Positions 24,076 to 35,003 of a DNA stretch of 64,000 bases are shown one piece after another. Every line of letters begins with the position of its first letter. The first letter of the stretch is position 1. The notes under the pieces are model-generated. The model searched no databases, was not told where the DNA came from, and saw only the letters and a program-made list of their open reading frames with translations. This stretch comes from Syncephalis fuscata S228 (lineage: Eukaryota; Fungi; Zoopagomycota), in the NCBI GenBank assembly GCA_025786725.1, contig JAHLTZ010000021.1:186001-250000 (forward strand), given 5' to 3'. Both the position numbers and the translations under genes were made by a program.

Positions 24076-24465
24076 TGCTATAAATGCCAGATGTGTGACT
24101 TTGTAATGCTTGCTAAGCAACCTAAATAGGAGAAAGTGTGATAAAGGTGGCTTAGTCAATGTTTAGATATTTAAGTAAATAAAGATTATTAATTTAATAG
24201 CTTAACAACTTTTATTACCAATAAATAACTTTGTTTAGTAATTTAAAACAAAAGTTTCAACTGTATTAATCTGAAAGTAAGCTAAAAGTAATTGGAAGTA
24301 GAAGTTAGTTATCTAATTTTGGCTGGTGGTATTAAGTGTTTATACTACTGTTGGTCGTTAAATGGCAAGTAAATGCAATGGACCCTGATGGGAAAAGGCT
24401 TAATTAGAGTACAACGAAGCTTAATTTAAATTTTGTTAATCATGTAATTTAGGTAATAGTAAAAA
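24075..24465. repeat. Dispersed ~390-bp repeat, copy 2; lies immediately 3' of the minus-strand Fanzor relic
   Basis: Direct match to 9550-9945. Confidence 0.95.
24113..24155 (-). ncRNA. Conserved stem-loop, candidate part of a Fanzor omegaRNA (second copy at 9590-9632)
   Basis: ctaagcaacct pairs with aggtggcttag (10/11 bp); the 43 nt are identical in both copies; located downstream of the Fanzor C-terminus. Confidence 0.35.
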
Positions 24466-24492
24466 TAGTTATAATGCATTCATTTGGCTACT

Positions 24493-24693
24493 TTAAAATT
24501 CACAAGACCGATCATTGCTGTTATTAGTTATGTGTAGAAAAATTGATTGAATATTAATAAAAGCCATATGATTGCGATTCTATATCATTCCGCAATCGTT
24601 GCATCTATGTACAATATGGATTATTGCATCTGAATGCGTCTTCAATTTTCTAATATTCTACTATTGTATTTTGGCCTATTTGTAATGTAAGAT
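24493..24693 (-). pseudogene. Fanzor/TnpB-like C-terminal relic (Zn finger + RuvC-III)
   Basis: LT(L)QI..PK(Y)NSRILEN-LKTHSDAIIHIVHRCNDCGMI*NRNHMAFINIQSIFLHITNNSNDRSCEF*, a decayed TSQICxxC...H.V.RCxxC..WNRD.MA..NI..IF......RP..F. Confidence 0.7.
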
Positions 24694-24699
24694 CAGGAT

Positions 24700-24985
24700 A
24701 TTATAATTATTATAAAAGTTGTTTATTAAACAGCTATTTTCCTTATAGCTAATCTGACTAAGTAAAATACATTTTGAACAATTAATATTATAAATGACAA
24801 TATATATATTAAAACAATAATAAATATAACTAATTAATTACATTATTGTATTGATATTATACATGAATTAATTAATATTGGATGCAATCTTATACATGAA
24901 ATAGTGATGATGAATGTTTAATTATGTCTAAAAGTGAAGGATGAAATGGATAAACAGAAATATGAGAGTCAAAGTAAAATAACTC
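24700..24985 (-). repeat. Long inverted repeat, arm B
   Basis: Reverse complement begins gagttattttactttgactc... and aligns with arm A over about 270 bp. Confidence 0.9.
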
Positions 24986-25201
24986 ATTAATAATAAATAA
25001 TTATTAGTAAACTCATATAATTAGTATCAAAAATCAAAGCTGACATCCTTTACTTGATTGAACTACACATTTGTTGTTCTACTAAACATGGAACTGGGTG
25101 GTGAGTTATATTAAATATCAAACTATAACACTTTAAATACTTTACAGCAATAATAATATGGATTAACATTTATTAACATTTACACTAGCACACAGCCTCT
25201 A

Positions 25202-25630
25202 CCTATTCACCCATTTAATAATAAAATTCCACTTATTGCTTTTGGAGCTGCTCGATTTGCCACTTCTATGAAAGACAAGGTTGCTGGACTGGCCAATCGC
25301 TGCAGAAAGATGTTCAAAACTGCTGAGTGACAAGGACTTTTGGTGATTGTAAATATTGATGAATACAATACATCAAAGTCTGTTCCAAATGCAAAAAAAG
25401 GAAATGGCAGGTTTACATCTGGAAGAACACAACAGCACAATGCATAGCGTACTGTTTGGCAAAACAAAAATTGTCGTACGGTATGGCAGCGTGACGTTAA
25501 TGCCAGCAGAAACATGCCCAGTATATTCAGTACAATGGCCAGTGGTAAACCAAAGCCCTCTAATTTCTTACCACCTACTATTATAAGAAATCAAACGACA
25601 CTGTTGCATCAACATCATAATCAAATGTAG
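25202..25630 (+). pseudogene. Fanzor (eukaryotic TnpB homolog) RuvC-II/Zn finger/RuvC-III relic, 5'-truncated
   Basis: KIPLIAFGAARFATSMKDKVAGLANRCRKMFKTAE*QGLLVIVNIDEYNTSK(V)CSKC..MHSVL..CRTVWQRDVNASRNMPSIF..SGKPKPSNF; TGA at 25328 and about 3 frameshifts. Confidence 0.85.
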
Positions 25631-25790
25631 AGTTTTATTGTAAGTAGCATGAAATACATACCATTTATTAGCACTAATATAAAATATTGAAAATAGTGCA
25701 GACTAATCGACACTGATTGATTCAAACAGAATTGATGTGACACTACTTCAATAAATAGCACTTCTCAGTAGTAAAAACTGATCGACGATT

Positions 25791-25856
25791 TATTGTTCGA
25801 GTTATGAATCCTTTTGTCCTTTAGTTTAAGAATAGGGGCTCAAAGTACAATAGCTC
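25791..25856 (+). ncRNA. Candidate Fanzor omegaRNA scaffold ending at the element right end
   Basis: TATTGT 25791-96 pairs with ACAATA 25847-52 and GAGTT 25799-803 with GGCTC 25837-41; lies between the Fanzor stop and the terminal motif. Confidence 0.4.
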
Positions 25857-25899
25857 CATAATATTAAACTCTTTATTCTTGCTTTACTATGCATGTTTA

Positions 25900-26400
25900 C
25901 TAGTTAACCCCCTCGCTTGCCAAATACTCATTGAACGATATCCGATTGCTAGCAAACGTAATAATATTATAATCAATTAGCGTATATTCATAATAAGACA
26001 CGCCAATGTCCTTGTTGTTACTTACTCGCCGTCTACATCTTCACTTTTCAGCGCACGCGCGACCCACTCATCCAGCTCTTTTAACTTCATTTCCTTATCC
26101 TCAGCTATAAAGGCCGCCCGTAGTTCGTGGCCATCTAGCCAGCCGTCACCATTCGCGTCGTTGATATTAAAAAAGTAGTACGGGTCATCTTCTTTATTGA
26201 TTTTCTCGTCTAACTTCATTTCAGCTGCCATGTGCCTATACACAATAAGATGTTATCATATGGTACGCGACACAATCTACCACCTACTCATTAGCCAAGT
26301 GGATGTCGCCATAAACATCGGGTGCATTACTAGAGTAGACGCAGTCAGACAGTGCTAGTAGACCGACAATAAACGATAGCGCTAGGTGAGATGCACGCAT
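25900..26400 (-). CDS. Secreted two-EF-hand protein, MCFD2/Ssp120-like (3 exons)
   Basis: Signal peptide MRASHLALSFIVGLLALS; YYFFNINDANGDGWLDGHEL; EDVDG..RISFNEY. Confidence 0.85.
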
Positions 26401-26640
26401 GGTAAATAGTCAGCAGCAGCTAGGAGAAAGAAAAGGGCAAATGTACATTATCAATGTTCATTAAAGATCATCAAGTATTATTAACACATATTTATTGTTG
26501 AAATAAATCTTGAAATGATAAATTTATGAGACTTAATATTGTCGTCTCATTATAGAATTGACTTGAATATTGCCGCTGAAGCATTACTATGCTACAGCTA
26601 GCATGATAGCTTATGACAAAACAACTAGGTAAAGACCGTT

Positions 26641-27310
26641 TTAAGCGGCTTTGCCATCAGTTTGAATGTCGGCCATATACGCATCCAAATCATTATCCAA
26701 CTTGTTACGGGCAAGTTCGGTATCACGCATGGCATAGTTGTCTAGCTCGCGGTCGAGCTGTTCTTTGGTCACTGGCTTGGCCTGGCGTCCGGTACCACGC
26801 TGGCTACGGCCACGGCGACCACGTCCTGCCGCACGGCTGGCGTTGGTGGGGCGTTGACCAGCGGCGGTGCGAAGTTTCTGCTGTTGCTGGCCACGAACCT
26901 TGGCGCCTAGCTGAGGAGCCAGACGCAGATTCGACTCGGACTTGGGCTTCATGGTCTGGGCGTGCGACACGCGCTGCTGAGAAATCTGTTGGAATCTAAT
27001 GGCATGGTGTCGATGTCATTATAGCAGTAGATTAAATCATCGTTATTGTTATCATCGTCATCGTGATCATGCCGGCAACTTAGTGTAAGCGATATGTATT
27101 CCTATAATTGTATTCCTCCTATTTGGCCGTAAAGACCATCACCTGTCTCGTATAAATGACGTACCGGTCGCTCAGCGACGAAAACACTGACTTGGACTCT
27201 CCGGAAGCACTGCCGGCTGGTGCAGCTGGCCGGCTAGATTGGGCACGACCACCTCGGCCGGATTTTTCGGCACCACGTGGATTGCGAGTACGATTGCGTG
27301 CACTGACCAT
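26641..27310 (-). CDS. RG-rich protein with C-terminal FoP duplication (CHTOP-like); start uncertain
   Basis: SLSDRF UBM-like motif across an intron; RGRRGR; TKEQLDRELDNYAM...KLDNDLDAYM. Confidence 0.8.
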
Positions 27311-28398
27311 ATTGACGATAGTAGCCACTGGATAGAAGCAGATTTGAAACTGGTTTATATGACAGTAACAAGTAACAATAGTGTAAATCGTTAGATGATC
27401 GTGTTAATAGTAAGCATCACGGAAACAAATAAACATTCAAATAAACATAGGCAATAGTAAGATCGCAGCTATTCAATAGATTGAACGGCTCAGCTCATCT
27501 GGATCAATAAGCCCGTCTATCTACATATATGCCAGCACTATAATTTGCATGATATCACAATCTATGCTATACATGCGCATACATACACATACAATTCAGC
27601 GCATAGATTGATCATGCTAGAACGTCTAGGTTACAGGATCTTTCTTAGTAGCTGTTGTTTCATTTGTTCCTATCGGTGCTGCTCTGCTATTTTTTTAATA
27701 GTATAACAGTGCAAATAAGATCAGTCGAAACAGTAACTGAAACCAGCTCCTGTAACCTAGACGTTATAACAGGATAGTCAAGCTATACTTACAAAATAGG
27801 ATCAAGAGGCTTAACCGTAGTATTTACCTCGATAGTCGGTGATCAGTGAATGTATAAACTTAATGGAAGAGTGCTGATGAGGTGTGAGAGATGAGATGGG
27901 TGGCAGTGAAATCAGTAACTGGCGCTGTATTTAGCATATGCGTGATTAAAATAGTTATTTATTAGTGAAAATTTTACTGATTAAAAAGGGGAAGTGCCAG
28001 CATGAGATGCTGCATGGTAAATAACATACGATTCTGTCACAAAAACAAGACGACTGCCACCTTCTTTTCTCTTTCTATCCTACTCTTCCAGGTATCGCTG
28101 AGCATAATTCTTATTTAAATACAAGTATATCTGGTTAGTGGCTATCATCGCTTCATTGTTACTTATTGATATTTTCCTCTTTTAACGAACAATTAAGCTG
28201 TGTTAACGGCTGATTTACACCACTGCCTCTCTCTCTCTCTATCGCTATCCCTCCACTGTTTAATTCTTTTTGGCACAAGTGGTGCAATCCTTATACGATC
28301 CAGTGGCAGCAACAACAACAAGGTGTACAGGTACATCGGTTGTTTACAAGACTGTCTGCGTATCTAAACTGCAACTACTTGTAGCAGTAGTAGCATAA

Positions 28399-29096
28399 AT
28401 GATCAATACCATGAAAAACGGTATATTTAAACGCCGTTGTGTTTTCTGTAATATCGATAAAGATCTGGGCTTTAACGTAATCTACGAGGTAATTTGAACA
28501 CGAGCCGAGTGTATAAACAACACTATTACTCATGCCAACCACTCTATAGGATGAAACGTTAGTGGCATTCCACGATCGTACACCTGCAGGCACTATGCAC
28601 TTGTTGGTCGTGCCTCGGGAGCATGTTGGTAAGTGGAGACAAGTCACACCATGCTTGAATGGTGCATATCCAAGACATGCATATATACTAATCACGAGGT
28701 ACCTATTTATAGGTACAGTCAAGGATCTTACCGGCCAGCATGTTGAATTAGGTAACGATTAAACAGACGATGTTAATTCATTAATAATTTACATTTATTT
28801 AGTAAGCAATATGATGGATCTTGGCAAGCGATTATTGGTAGAATTTGACCAGGATCCAGCAAAGGCCCGGTAAGTTACTTAACAGCTGGTCACATCTTGT
28901 ATTAGGTACTAATACGCCATTTAGTATTGGATTTCATCGACCACCTTTTACAAGTGTGGGTCATTTGCATATGCATTTCATTGTTACTCCGTTCAAGTCA
29001 CGTCTTTTTTCTTTGAAATATCAACCAGGTCGTCGTTGGTACATGGATGCCGTTGATTTACTTGAAGTGCTAAAGGCAAAGCGTACAAAGGCCTAA
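28399..29096 (+). CDS. HIT-family nucleotide hydrolase, HINT3-like (5 coding exons)
   Basis: CVFCNI; AFHDRTPAGTMHLLVVPREHV; GFHRPPFTSVGHLHMH. Confidence 0.9.
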
Positions 29097-29727
29097 ATAA
29101 TCTTGCGTTATTGCATTTAAACAGTTTCACATAGCACATGCGTGTATTCTTATTCTTTTCTCGGTTTTTTCTGTAAAAGAAGATAATTCTTTTATTACTA
29201 TTATTATTTCTAAAACCATATAATTAGCCTATCGATGGTTAAATACGAATTTATGTTAACAAAACCGCTATCAATTGACTAACTGGCTTGTTTCAATAAA
29301 TAGACAAATAAATAAATAAAATTTGATTTAATATTAATAAATAACATTATTACGTTAATACTAAACAATAAAATAGTATAAATGGACAATGTATATACTT
29401 GTACTAGTTTAATTAACATTTGTTACTTATTTGGTCATGTTGTAAATTAGTTTGTACACTTTTCATTTCCTAAACACTTATCAATCTAATTAGTTATTTA
29501 ATTATTTAATTATATTTTATTTACTTTCTGTTATCAATTCTATTTAACATCAATGATTAATAACGAATAATGGTAATCATGATAATAATAATAGTAATAG
29601 TCATAGTCATAGTAATAACATTAATAATAAATGGTAATAATAATAGTATTGTAATAATAATAGAATAATAATAATAATAATAGACTAATTAGTCTATTAT
29701 TTTCCAACAACATTAATACTAAGTAAA

Positions 29728-32700
29728 TTAAAGCGTTCTTGCTGGTGTTTTTGTCGTAGTTATTGATTGATTATGTGAAATGGCCGTAGCGTGTTCTTCT
29801 TCCTTTTCTTCTTCCTCTTCTTCCTCTTCACTTTTTTCTTGTGTTTCTACCATAACAGTTGTAATACTGCCACTGGTCGATGTGGTTGTCGTCATAGTAA
29901 TAGCAGAAATAGTCCACCACTACCATGTTCTATTACATCATCGGCTAGTGGTGTTGATGTACGTGCTTGATTGTCTTCACCAAGCATTAACGATAAATCA
30001 CGTACATCAGCCGGTGACAGAATAGGCGATAATTCCGGTGATACAATATGTAATTCGCCCAACATATCATGGGTAATGGTCTATTAAATAGTGTAGATGT
30101 TATTAATATATCAATCTAACTAATCCTATTCAATCCTACCTCGCCATTAGCATCAAGTGTTGGTTTCATAGCCACTGACATATGAATACACTCTTGATCT
30201 TCACTACCAAAACTACCCTCTGCCAAATCAGACATATCACCATCAAGTATATCATCGTCGTCATCATCATCATTTCTTCTTCTTCAATAACATCGTCTTC
30301 ATCGTCTTCATCTTCCATATTGGTAGAAGATAACAAAACAGCAGGTGAATTGGCTGCCAATGCACTTCTTTGTACACCAAGCTTCCAATCGGCCATTGTA
30401 ACCAATTGACCATCTATTACATCCTGAGTCGCTGGATTACCAGATACAGCTACACCTTGTGACTGCCTTGAAGGTGCAACTAACATACCACGTAATGAAG
30501 CATCTGACATTGGAGATGCAGAAAGTCTTGTATTGGCTTGTTGCCAAAATCTCTAGTCATTAGATAAGTACAAAATGAAACAAATATTGATATATTAGTG
30601 AATAGTAACAATAAACAATAACAATTTAATGACATCTACTAATGTATATGGCACTATAAGGCTACCTTGCTATCCCGTATATCCTCTTCATCATCAATAA
30701 TAATATCCTCTCCAACATCATTCTCATCATCACTATCTTCCATGTCCAAGCGCAATGGAGTGGTATGTCCAAGTAATTCAGCCTAATAAGCACAATAATA
30801 ATAATAAATGAGTATTTATTGATGTCTATGGTTGTCCGTGTCGACTCCCTCTCCCTTCTCCGCCATCCCCTTCTCTTGCTTCGTGTGTACTCGTATGTAG
30901 TGTTTGTGTTTGTGTTCGAATTTTATTCATCAACTCCACCGTTTTTTCCACTTACAGAGACGAGTCCACCATCAGAATCAAAGGGATTAGGAGCATCAAA
31001 ATCCACTTCGCTAAAATCATAAATACGTAACTTGATTAATACGTAATTTATTAGATAACAACTATTATACCACTTACCCAAGCCATCCACCATCATCGGC
31101 ATCGTCTTCATCTTCATCAGAGGATCCGAACTTGTCCGGTAGATCACTAGTAATTTGCTGGCACAGATAACGGGCAAACTAATAGTTATTACAATAGTAT
31201 TAATAAAGGCTCTTTAAATAAACATCTATTATTGCATAGCTGCTCATTTATCTAGTAGTTTATTTTATTTACCTGATCATTGGCCAGTCAGCTGCTGAAG
31301 ATCCGGCACCGCCTAATACACCGCCACCTTCGTCGTCGTCGTCATCATCATCGTCGTCATCATTGCCCACGAGATTAAGCATTGATAGGCCGGCAAGTGT
31401 ATTGGGCCGTTGTCCACCTAATTGTTGTCGGTCTCGTTCTTTGGTGTCCCGTAGTGTTTTACCAACATATTCTTGCCAATCCTCAGCGGCACAAATAACT
31501 TCTACGGCATTGCCTAGATCACCGATAGAGCGTTCAAGTAGACGTACAACCTGATCGGCAATAAACGTTAGATGGCCCATGTAGCCAAGTCGCACGCCCT
31601 TTGGCTGCTCTACGCTATAGTCGTTCTGTCGTTGGGCCGCAGCAATACGACGTGTAATTTGAGCATCACAAAACAAAGAAATGATAAGTTCGCGATTACA
31701 GCCCAATTCCAAGGGTAGGTTAGTAACTTGGTGTACCATATCGTACACTACTGTATGGAGAAAGTTATTCCATGGAAAATCAAAGAATAAATCCAGACAA
31801 GTAGTAAGTACGCCGGTTTCAATGAATTTAAGCTTCAGTGCATCGCCAGGCGTCACGATAGACTGTTCGGCAGGTGCTTGCGATACTGAAGTAGTTGCAT
31901 TATTTGTCGATGCTGCATCTGTATTGGCAGTATTTTTATCGTCTGGATTTAAGGTTGATGCGCCATTAGCGCCATTAATCGTTGACATTGGCGATGTTTG
32001 TTTGGATTCAGTATCCTTGGCGGTAGTTGATGTAGTATCTCCTACTTTAGCGCTACTCTCAGATTGTGTATTTTCCGTGGTAGTCGTTTCATTTGTCTCG
32101 CTTCCAATTGACGAGGCTATCGTGGCTGATTCATGTTGGCTGGCATCGGTATTGGCATTGGTCGTTTGAGCTGGCACTATATTAAGTAAAGTCATATTCG
32201 ATAAGTGTAATAGTTCGGCAAACAGTTCGCAGACACGCAGACGTTCAAATCCTAATGGGACACGGCGTCCCATCGTGGTATCTACTGGTTCAGGCTAACA
32301 TAATAAATATATTGCATAAATATACCAATACATCCTATGGCTATATCTTATGTATTAACTTACCACTGACTTGGGACGTACAAGTAGTTGTTGGAATTCT
32401 GGTAATCGTGCTGATAAGACACGAATAAGATCGCTTAAATCGACGGGAGGTAAGACTGCTTCGTCTTCATCTTCATCTTCCATATCACTATTACAACGTT
32501 AATTATCCGCAATTCAATGTTATCTACAAAGCAACTTACTTGTAGTTACGACGAATCAGCTCAATAAAAATGGCTACACCATTGACAAGGGTAGACGTGC
32601 TGTTGGGTGCACTTGCATCAAGCATATAGTTTACTAATCGAACAACACATGGTGCGCTATAATAGATAAATGGATAGAGAAATACATAATAATAGATATA

Positions 32701-33838
32701 AATAGCTAATTATCATTACTATCAATTAAAATTACCTTTTTAATTCGCATATTAAAGATTTGTACCAATAGATGGCTGTTCTGGGTTGCTTGATTGTGAT
32801 ATGGTAATAATATCTAAAAGTACTTGAGCAGCCATAGCGTGTACCTATCGTTATTCATATCATATAGATTACATGTTTAACATTCATCATTATCATTCTA
32901 GTGTATTATACATAATCTACCTACATCAGGATCAAGATGAGGATCCAATCGGCCAATTAATGCCGACATTAGTCCTTCATTATTAAGCCACTATCATAGA
33001 TTGAAGGTATGAGTTATATACATCATCGCTTATATTTCTTCAAATAACATTCATACCTCAACTACACCGTGCCCATCTGGAATCTCCTCCATGCTAATTA
33101 TCTTTAGTAATAGATCCATCACGGCTGATGTAGCGATATGCTCCAAAAAGCGCGAAAGTACTTTTGGTTGCGATTTAATAAAACCCAGCACCTAATAGAG
33201 CACATTAAATTGGATGTAAGCCATCGCAACCATTGCTATTATGACTAATGCTTACTTCCGTAGTTTTTTTCTGTAATAATACACCGATAACCTTACTAAA
33301 ATAGCTGGCCTGATGTGGATTCAATGGCGCAGGTCGGCTTAGAAAATTCCAGAAACGCTGTAGCATAGCCCGATTGCCTACAATCGCCTCACAGACCGAC
33401 CAGATCTCACAGGCAATAACTTCACTCGCCAAGTACGGATATCTAACGTAATAGACTACAATTTAGCATAATAATTGTTAACTGGTCTTCCACTCACTTG
33501 ATGCGCTCCTTTTCATCCTCTCCTTCGTTGATGATGTAATTTAATAATTTCTCTAGCTGGGCTGGTTCACTTAGACTGTGTGATCGCCATGAATACAGTT
33601 AAGGTTAATAAACTATGCTTATAAATACTGCTATTATGTCTGCTACAGTATTGGTAGGCTTTTGCTTAGCAATCTCTAACGACTAGCACAAAGGATACAA
33701 TTCTACAAGCTTAAGATTATGCGATTTGCACTCTTGCAGCAAATCTTCCTCGTCAAGTAGCTCTTCCAAAGTAACATCATCTTTCTCCAATAGCTGATCA
33801 ATAGCTGATACCGTATTAAAACCGAATCGCCAAAGCAT
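29728..33838 (-). CDS. SIT4/PP6 phosphatase-associated protein (SAPS domain; PPP6R/Ekc1-like), multi-exon
   Basis: MLWRFGF...[15 protein letters not shown]; [12 protein letters not shown]; [18 protein letters not shown]; [13 protein letters not shown]; [12 protein letters not shown]; acidic tail. Confidence 0.95.
33576..33698 (-). other. U12-type (minor spliceosome) GT-AG intron, intron 1 of the SAPS gene
   Basis: 5' splice site GTATCCTTT; branch ACCTTAAC about 20 nt before CAG; splicing restores KLVEF/LSEP. Confidence 0.8.
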
Positions 33839-35003
33839 CGTGTTTTACAGTGTGGTAGGTAGGTATGTAGAGGCTTAACAGTAACTACAAAGGCTTTATA
33901 TGCCGCGGACGACTTATAAAACTAGAAAAGTGAATCAACACTTGCAGGTGGTGGTGACGGTGATGAAGGTAGTACCTGAGATGTGGAACAAGTGATTGGT
34001 TAGTAAACTATACAGGTGTGTGTATGCGTGTATGTACGTGGTATGCGTCGGTAACTATTTCGACCTACGTACAGCGCTATAAGAAAGAAAGAAAAAGGTT
34101 GAAGGAGTACGAGCAGGGATGACGCGTCGGCCACCAAAATACAATAAGCAGCCGACGTATACAAGGAAACGTAGAAACGATCAAGATGAGCTGTTGAAGA
34201 CGTTCAATAAGCTTAGAGTGTGAAAATATAAAGAGATGTGAATAGGCGTGGACGCAAGTGAGAGAGGTGTAAAATAGTGTGAGTTCAGATATTAAACACC
34301 ACAGTATCAGAAGTAACTAGTCAAAGAATGTCAACGAGACTCGGGATATAAAGAGTAGCTAGGTGAAGGATAGAAGAAGAAAGAAAGAAGAAGCTATGAC
34401 TACGGCAACAAGTAATCTGAAAATATTACGACGATAGTTACGCAACAGCGAACGTAGAAACAGATAAATAGCGTGAAAGGCGAGTTTAAATAAAGGAGCA
34501 ATAGTGTTTTAGACACCACGCCATAGAAACCTTATGCTTACCAATAAAATAGTAATACTGTTCAAGCAATAGCAACAAAAATCAAGTAGTAAAAAAAACA
34601 GTGTTATTGAAAGCATATCGTATAAATATTATAGTTTATTTGTAATAAATAGACTGAAATGTACCTTTGTATTTTATGATTTACTCTTCTCGGTCAAATA
34701 CACACACACACATTTGTTTTCTACATTTGACTGGCCTTGTCTACAACACTCATCCAATTAAAGTATATCAAGCCATAGCTTTGATCGCGTGGAATGAGTT
34801 GCATGTGATGCACACGCAATGACAATAAACGCCACTTAAGGCATGACGTAATGTTATGGCACATTAGCACTACACATACACACACATAAGCATTAAAACA
34901 TTAAAACACCAACTGTTATGGCTCATCAAGTCATTTTAAATACTATTAATAATAATGGGAATAATACGAGTGTACTACTAAAGAAATGGCTATTATAATG
35001 ATA

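Larger units (their letters stand above)
23811..25856. mobile_element. Composite non-autonomous DNA transposon relic with inverted repeats, carrying two Fanzor remnants
   Basis: 23811-24075 is an inverted copy of 24700-24985. The terminal motif GAGCTATTGTACTTTGA occurs at 23811 (+), 24985 (-) and 25856 (-). No TSD identified. Confidence 0.75.

Noticed and set aside
23800-25870. Target-site duplication or TAM for the composite element
   Set aside because: Flanks (aaaaatgca / attaataat / cataatatt) show no convincing duplication.
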